Virus record (IMG/VR): IMGVR_UViG_3300009164_000064
Span: 1-64,000 of that record
Reading direction: 5' to 3' (one strand)
Origin: a virus
DNA: 64,000 nucleotides
The stretch's first letter is position 1. Every line of letters begins with the position of its first letter. Under the pieces are notes generated by a model that made no database searches, had not been told where the DNA came from, and saw nothing but the letters and a program-made list of their open reading frames with translations. The position numbers were made by a program, and so were the translations under genes. Positions 57,736 to 64,000 of this stretch are shown here, in pieces.

Positions 57736-60359
57736 GCTGATACGCCTAATACTTGGATTTGATCAATCTTTGGCACAACAAATGTTGAGTCTGATAGGAA
57801 TACAATTTTAATTTGCATTGAATCAAAACTATCAATTTCAACAAGTCCATTGTTATAATATCTTGAAATATTATTATTCATTGGATTATTAAAAGCAATG
57901 TTTGGATATTTCATCTTTGCAATTGACATACCATTACTGGAAACACTATTGCTTGTTATAACCGATCCAAGAATAATTGATGTATCTTTTACTTCCTTGG
58001 CCACTGCAATTGTATAGTTTTCTGGAAAAATTGAGCTATAAATTTTGATTACGTCATTATTAGCAAGATATGCTTTTGGATTAACACCATATGCTAATGC
58101 TGTATTACTTCCAAATGTTGTTGAAAATACACCGAGAACACTAATACCTTCTGAAGACGATGGAAGACCCAATTCATATTCAATGAAATTGTTTTGGTCT
58201 TCACTTGAGCTATATGTGTTAATGCTTGTTATGTATTCAAGTGGTGTCCATGACTTATCATCAAATGGTTCTGGGTCTTGTGAATTGTAAACTTTAGCAT
58301 ATACCTTGATATCTGTTCCTAGTGGACGATATGCTGTCATAAACATACGAATGTCTTCAGCGAAATGTTCTTTGGTGAAATCTATCTTTTTGGCAATATG
58401 TCGTGCAACAGCAATACCATTACCATTAACTTCACTGTCAATTAGAACACCATTCGAAGTTACAACATAAGTATTTGAAATTGTGTTCTTCATTGAGTAC
58501 AAGTCAATTTGACCACCTTCGATAGAAGGTGATGTATAATAATTTGAATCAGCAGCGTTCAATTGAAGATGAGCATCAATTTTAATAGACTTATTATTTA
58601 ACAATAGTGATGTATTGCTGTATAGATTATTATTTAAAATTTCTTGTGAGCGAGAAAGAATATGTGCATCATACTTATTAAGATTTTTTACACGAATATC
58701 GTTAATTTCAACTCTTTCGTTTTTGTTTGAAAAGCTATATGCGTCACCAGATTTAGCAGCAGCAGCAAAGTTGATATCAATCTTACCAGCAGCAGGTGTT
58801 TTAATATCACCCTTAATTTTAATTCTATCAATTGATAAAGTATCAATTGAATAGATGTTAGCCGATGCATTTGAATCAATGCCAATAATGGTATTGTTTA
58901 TATCAAAATATAAAGTATTTGCTGTTGAGTAATTCAAGTATAGCTTATTAGCCAATTCATCCTTGTAGTATACCTTACCAACAACAGTCTTAAGATAACT
59001 AGAGCCAGTATTTGTAAATGGAACAGGATTCTTCATTACCATGGATGTGTTGTTTGATACAGACTTAACAAACACAACTTCTTTCTTTGTGCCATCTCCA
59101 AGAACAACAATTGGATCACCTTCTACAAGTGTGGTAAAGTTTGTACCAATACCATTAATAACGCTTGAGCCTCTTACTACTGATATCAGACCGCTGTTGT
59201 ATGCATTATTCTTGTATACCCATTCACCACCAATGAAATTGCCTGTGCGACCTTCAATTGTGAAGAATTCATAGTTGGCATTAACAAATGTCTTGGTTGT
59301 CTGAGTTTCAGTATACTTTGCAGCATTGATCTTGAATTTAAGATCGGTATCAGATAATGCCTTGAACACATCTGAGTTGTTTTTCAAGTACATTTTGCCG
59401 TCCTTCACGATATTACTACCAGGCGAAGGGTTATTGGTACCTACAATCTTGTCTCCTGTTTTGTTTACCCAGAATTCATATGAAGGATCATCACATGAGA
59501 TTACGATACCATAGAACTTACCTGTGGCAAGCTTAACTGGCTTATTGAAACCAAAGGTGACAGAAGTAGAAGCATCGCCAAAGGCATATACTTCATCATA
59601 TTCTTTTCGTGAAATAGATTCTACGTAGCACTTTGAAAGAACTGGTTGATCATTCTCAACATCACAGATTTTTACGGTAATACCTGGTTTTAGATTACCA
59701 GAAATGTTTTTTGATGGATTTGGTTTTGCCTTAACATAAAGCTCAATTGATGTAATTGATACTTGGCTTGACTTACCGACGATATCAGGATCGGCATAGA
59801 ATGTTTGAATAATATTATATTCTGGTGTGGTAAAATAGTCAGTTGCCGAAGTTGATGTTGATGTTGCTGTTACAACAGGAGTATTCTGTAGAGCAATCTG
59901 ACCAGCAACTGGTGTCTTTTTAAAGTAGACATACATGGCTTCACGAACATATAACGGAAGATTAATATTAACAGTAGCAGTTGAAGAATTGTCTGTAGTC
60001 TTTACAGTAAGAACTTTTGGACCAGCAATGAGTGAAGCAATCGCAGCAGCCTTTTCAATATCCGTTGTTGGAATGATTGAAGGCGAGAAGTAAAAAGTAA
60101 ATGTAATCATACCATAAAGATTTGATAACAGACCTTCACCCAATAGGCGACTGTCTTGCTTACACATACTTGTAACATCTACTCCCTCAAGATATACTTT
60201 GTGAACTGTGCCGGGTTTCAGACCATATACAGAAGTCTGAATTGCCTGTTCAGCAAGGATATAATTCGAGTTGATAAACTCTGTAGGAAACACATTAGGA
60301 ATACCATAGATTCCTAAGTTGTAGTAGTAGTACAGTGAGTTTAAAATATTAATAGTCAT
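57732..60359 (-). CDS. large baseplate/virion structural protein (C-terminal part of a VrlC/DUF4815-like protein)
   Basis: GLKPGT.H, IQTF, ITSIELY, DLKFKI..AKY, AYRP.GTDIKVYAK, EYE motifs. Confidence 0.72.
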   Translation of the reverse strand: MTINILNSLYYYYNLGIYGIPNVFPTEFINSNYILAEQAIQTSVYGLKPGTVHKVYLEGVDVTSMCKQDSRLLGEGLLSNLYGMITFTFYFSPSIIPTTDIEKAAAIASLIAGPKVLTVKTTDNSSTATVNINLPLYVREAMYVYFKKTPVAGQIALQNTPVVTATSTSTSATDYFTTPEYNIIQTFYADPDIVGKSSQVSITSIELYVKAKPNPSKNISGNLKPGITVKICDVENDQPVLSKCYVESISRKEYDEVYAFGDASTSVTFGFNKPVKLATGKFYGIVISCDDPSYEFWVNKTGDKIVGTNNPSPGSNIVKDGKMYLKNNSDVFKALSDTDLKFKINAAKYTETQTTKTFVNANYEFFTIEGRTGNFIGGEWVYKNNAYNSGLISVVRGSSVINGIGTNFTTLVEGDPIVVLGDGTKKEVVFVKSVSNNTSMVMKNPVPFTNTGSSYLKTVVGKVYYKDELANKLYLNYSTANTLYFDINNTIIGIDSNASANIYSIDTLSIDRIKIKGDIKTPAAGKIDINFAAAAKSGDAYSFSNKNERVEINDIRVKNLNKYDAHILSRSQEILNNNLYSNTSLLLNNKSIKIDAHLQLNAADSNYYTSPSIEGGQIDLYSMKNTISNTYVVTSNGVLIDSEVNGNGIAVARHIAKKIDFTKEHFAEDIRMFMTAYRPLGTDIKVYAKVYNSQDPEPFDDKSWTPLEYITSINTYSSSEDQNNFIEYELGLPSSSEGISVLGVFSTTFGSNTALAYGVNPKAYLANNDVIKIYSSIFPENYTIAVAKEVKDTSIILGSVITSNSVSSNGMSIAKMKYPNIAFNNPMNNNISRYYNNGLVEIDSFDSMQIKIVFLSDSTFVVPKIDQIQVLGVSA

Positions 60360-60377
60360 TGCTCTAACTTAACCTTT

Positions 60378-63300
60378 TTACTTTAAATTATATGGATAAT
60401 TGTAATACGGTAATACATAACCGTGACCAAGATATCCCCAATATGATTGGATATAGTTTATATATGGGTTGCGTAATAGAAGGTTAATTTCTGTGTCAGT
60501 TGGATACATTAACTTATAGCCAAATGTACCTGATTTACCTTCACCTCCAAATAAACCACCACCATGTTTCTTACCCTTATACACTCTTACCTTATAGTAT
60601 TGACCTTTGCTTGTATTATGTGCAAACAAAATTTTAAATTGATCTTCAAGGAAACCGCCAACTGGACCATAGTTCTTTCTTTCGAGAGAACCCGGATGCT
60701 CAATTTTTCTATTTCCATTCAAGCTTAGTTGACGATTTGTTATATCAGCATTAGTAATTGCTAAAGCATCAGATGATGATTTTACTGAAATCCATGGACC
60801 ATCAGAAGTCTTGCTCTGGAAAAATTCAACAGCAATATTGTTATCACGTGAGTTAATATAAAATTCAACTGGACCAGTTAATGAAGAGAAGGTATAAAAG
60901 AATTCTTCATAGACATATGGTGAACTATCGCTATTTGCACGGTTACGCTCATATTGTACCACACTAGCAATTGTTTGTGTTACGGTTGGAATTGGTGGAA
61001 CTGTTACTACAGGACCATCAGTAGCACGTGTCTGACCAGTAAATAAAATTTCATTATACGGTAGCTCTAGAGTTGAATCAGGAGACTCTGTAATAATGTT
61101 GATTTCGCTTAATGGTGGTGATAGATAACCATCAACAATTGTTGCTCTGTATGCAGGGTTTGATACGTCTGCATATTTATAGTCCTCGAAACCATCTACA
61201 AAGAAGCCAAACTTAAAGCGATCAATACCATCAAAACCGGGGATTGCACGTTTCTGAGCGATTGCTTCAGTAAGAGTCAATGATGTATAATATTCTAAGT
61301 CTTGAATTCTCTTTTCAAGCTTACCAATTTGCTCCATGGTATAACCACGTGGTTGTGTGATAAGCTTATCAACCGCAGTTAGTGTAGTCTTAATTCTGTA
61401 GTTATCAAGACGCTTAGCAGAATATTTTTCATTTGCAATCTTTGTATCAACAATTGCAACAGTACCTGATGATAGTTGATATGGAACTGAAGGATATGGT
61501 GGAACCTTTAGAAGATTAATCGTAAGTGAATTATCTGGTTGTGTTGGTTCAATGTTAGTTCCAACTTGACCTTTAATAATGTGAAACTCATTTGTTTCAT
61601 CAATTACAACACGATCAATACGACCTTGATAATACTCTACAGTTGAAGTCAACTGTGAATCTGGTGCAGGGAATAGCTTGTTTGTTGTATTGGCAAAACG
61701 TAGACCAGCAGTTTGTTCTAATGGATTAATTGGTGCATTAAGTGGACTGGTGCTTGGAGTTGCAGTTTTATTTGAGTATGGGCGGAAGTCAAATTGATCA
61801 CGTAGATCGTAATATTTTCCTCTATTGCCATATACTTCAGGAATTTCAAGAGTATTAATTGTTGTTGCAGATTGAGCTAGTGTGATGGTATCATCAATCA
61901 AGTATGTACCAGAATTGCCGCCAATCTTCACACCTTCGCTTGTTACTGAGAAGTAATCAATAGAAGCTAGAAGAACATCTGTGTTAGCAATTGTTAAATA
62001 TGAATTTGGCTTTTGAACTAAGTATGAAATACCATAGAAGTCTTCGTTCTGGTTATGATCAACATAAAAGTATTGTGTTACGTCTTCAGCAATTGCGTCA
62101 GTTGGAACAAAAGTTGTGTTTGCATTTGCTCTGTAAACCTTATTGAGGCGGAATACGTCAGGCACACCTAACGCCCATGGACCGTCATTCTTATCTACGT
62201 TTGAAGCAGTATTGATACGAACATACCTGTTTCTGTTTACAGTTTTACCAACAGCCGCTGCTGATGACCTTACGTTATATGAAACAGAAGTCTGAACAGC
62301 GACATTGGTTGTCATGTTCATTGTGACTGTCAGAAGCCTATTAGTTCCGTCAACAACCATTGTTCTATCAGAACGATCAAATGAGATTGGAACATTCTTA
62401 GGGAATATTAGACCATATGTGCCAGTAGTAATACCAGTAGCAGCATTTGATACTAGAACTAGTTGTGTGGAGTTGGCAATATAGCTAACTTGACCTAGAT
62501 AGCCAGTACTTACGGTTAGGAAGTCGCCAGCACGAAGTTCTGTAGTAAAGTCAGCAGAGCCGCCACCGTTAACAAATGTTGAATTTACGTTTGAACTAAC
62601 ATTACCCAAAAGGTCAGTACTATTCTTGAATGTTGCAAGTGGAGTGATGATCACATCTCTTTCCTGCACACTATTGAGTGATCCGGTATAAGGAAATGCA
62701 CCATCACCAAGAGAGATTGTCATCTGACCAGTTGTGGCAAGATTATAAGTATTAACAGTACGATATATGTATGAAACATTATTTGCCTTCTTCACGGCTG
62801 GATTACCAGCATAGAAGATAAGTGAAGAAATGTCATTATCCTTAAGAACAGCATTACCGTTCTCTAGAACGATATCAGCAATACCCTTGTTTACGCCATC
62901 ATAAAATATTGAACGTAGATTAGAAAAGTTTGTACCTACAGATAGATTGATATCAAATAGATAAATTCTATATGTACCAGAAGCACTACCGACTGTTCCA
63001 GAATCATATACGACTGAGCGAATACGTGCTGTACCAACAGCAACAGCAGGTGGAATAGGAGTTGCACCAGCACGACCAGCAGTATAGTACTGATATGGAA
63101 GATTATGTAGAGTTACAAGATCACCATAGTTAAATTGAAAATTTCCACAATACTCTTTAACAGTGACATAGTTACCATAGTTTAATGAAATGTTTGCAGG
63201 ATTGGCTGAGTAGAAGTCAGTACCTTTATCAACGCCAATTTCATAGTTGTTATTTGTTGATACACGTTTACCATTGATGTATGCCACACCAGGGTCAATA

Positions 63301-63998
63301 ATTATATTAAATTGTGATGCTTCATTAGCAGTAGTATTTACTGACTTAGTGTTCAATACGAATTGATCTAGAACATAGTTGCCAGAAGTTTCATATTGAC
63401 GCTGAGCAATATAGTTGCCAATCTTATTATAGACTGTCTGACGGTTTTGCTTGTATGGTTCACCGCCGCTAAATTCTGCAATGTATAGGAAGTCTTCACG
63501 TAGATCAGCTTCAGCCTTTGTCAATGTGACAAGCTTAGGAGTTAGCTGTAGACGATTAGCGCCCGGTGCAGTATGGTTAGGAGAGCCAGTTGCATTGTCA
63601 AGAAGTGATGTATCTTGATTAGAATTGATGATTGCTTCATTTGTTTCAAAACCAACCGAAACACCATCAGGAGCATTTGAGTACTTTTCAACGATAACCA
63701 ATTCAGGGACAACACGTGAGAAGTAGCCCTTCTGATAGATAACACCTTCACCAACAGTCATGGCATAAGCAGAACCAACTGGAGTTTCACCAGCACCAGC
63801 AACAGTAATATTTGTTAGATAATTTTGTGCTGTAAAATTGGCGATTGAAATTTGATTTTGAGGTGCTGTAGTTGATGAAACGGCAACATAAGGTTGAATG
63901 TAATATCCACTGCCCTTTTGTGTTACGTTTACGCTTTTGATAATTCCTAAAGGACCAAGAACAAGAGATGCACGAGCAGCACTACCAATAACCTCAGT
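60378..63998 (-). CDS. large baseplate/virion structural protein (DUF4815/VrlC-like), 5'-truncated by the window edge
   Basis: LLDNATGSPN..APGA.RL, RQYETSGNYV, GVAYING, YTMEQIGKLEKRIQDLEYYTSL, RFKFGFFVD.F; frame stays open from 63761 to the window end. Confidence 0.85.
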   Translation of the reverse strand, partial: TEVIGSAARASLVLGPLGIIKSVNVTQKGSGYYIQPYVAVSSTTAPQNQISIANFTAQNYLTNITVAGAGETPVGSAYAMTVGEGVIYQKGYFSRVVPELVIVEKYSNAPDGVSVGFETNEAIINSNQDTSLLDNATGSPNHTAPGANRLQLTPKLVTLTKAEADLREDFLYIAEFSGGEPYKQNRQTVYNKIGNYIAQRQYETSGNYVLDQFVLNTKSVNTTANEASQFNIIIDPGVAYINGKRVSTNNNYEIGVDKGTDFYSANPANISLNYGNYVTVKEYCGNFQFNYGDLVTLHNLPYQYYTAGRAGATPIPPAVAVGTARIRSVVYDSGTVGSASGTYRIYLFDINLSVGTNFSNLRSIFYDGVNKGIADIVLENGNAVLKDNDISSLIFYAGNPAVKKANNVSYIYRTVNTYNLATTGQMTISLGDGAFPYTGSLNSVQERDVIITPLATFKNSTDLLGNVSSNVNSTFVNGGGSADFTTELRAGDFLTVSTGYLGQVSYIANSTQLVLVSNAATGITTGTYGLIFPKNVPISFDRSDRTMVVDGTNRLLTVTMNMTTNVAVQTSVSYNVRSSAAAVGKTVNRNRYVRINTASNVDKNDGPWALGVPDVFRLNKVYRANANTTFVPTDAIAEDVTQYFYVDHNQNEDFYGISYLVQKPNSYLTIANTDVLLASIDYFSVTSEGVKIGGNSGTYLIDDTITLAQSATTINTLEIPEVYGNRGKYYDLRDQFDFRPYSNKTATPSTSPLNAPINPLEQTAGLRFANTTNKLFPAPDSQLTSTVEYYQGRIDRVVIDETNEFHIIKGQVGTNIEPTQPDNSLTINLLKVPPYPSVPYQLSSGTVAIVDTKIANEKYSAKRLDNYRIKTTLTAVDKLITQPRGYTMEQIGKLEKRIQDLEYYTSLTLTEAIAQKRAIPGFDGIDRFKFGFFVDGFEDYKYADVSNPAYRATIVDGYLSPPLSEINIITESPDSTLELPYNEILFTGQTRATDGPVVTVPPIPTVTQTIASVVQYERNRANSDSSPYVYEEFFYTFSSLTGPVEFYINSRDNNIAVEFFQSKTSDGPWISVKSSSDALAITNADITNRQLSLNGNRKIEHPGSLERKNYGPVGGFLEDQFKILFAHNTSKGQYYKVRVYKGKKHGGGLFGGEGKSGTFGYKLMYPTDTEINLLLRNPYINYIQSYWGYLGHGYVLPYYNYPYNLK

Positions 63999-64000
63999 AA

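Noticed and set aside
60359-60380. Stop-codon readthrough or alternative genetic code
   Set aside because: Two in-frame TAA stops separate the ORFs; all core genes are intact under code 11 and no suppressor tRNA is seen

Overview
A 64-kb segment of an AT-rich T4-like (myovirus) phage genome, almost entirely encoded on the minus strand. From left to right: an accessory block (two tRNAs, a peroxiredoxin), the replication/recombination block (regA, gp62/44/45, a glycosyltransferase-like gene, a vWA protein, peptide deformylase, gp46/47, gp55, uvsW, uvsY), gp3, a small plus-strand island, and the head/tail core (gp23-gp13). Next comes a ~28-kb array of fibre-like virion genes built from shared repeat modules, with a sulfotransferase and a heme-oxygenase-like gene embedded in it, then large baseplate/VrlC(DUF4815)-like genes running off the right edge. 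T4-type late promoters (NATAAATA) and host sigma70-type promoters are both visible. The most notable observations are: (i) pervasive small-residue-Asn / N-x-S/T motifs concentrated in virion-surface proteins, near candidate modifying enzymes (possible virion glycosylation/sulfation system); (ii) a modular fibre array showing both gene-conversion patchwork and synonymous scrambling of identical peptide repeats; (iii) a perfect sigma70 promoter firing antisense into the heme-oxygenase/fibre late operon; (iv) a 26-bp RNA hairpin between gp45 and gp44. All family assignments come from motif recognition and synteny; no database searches were run.
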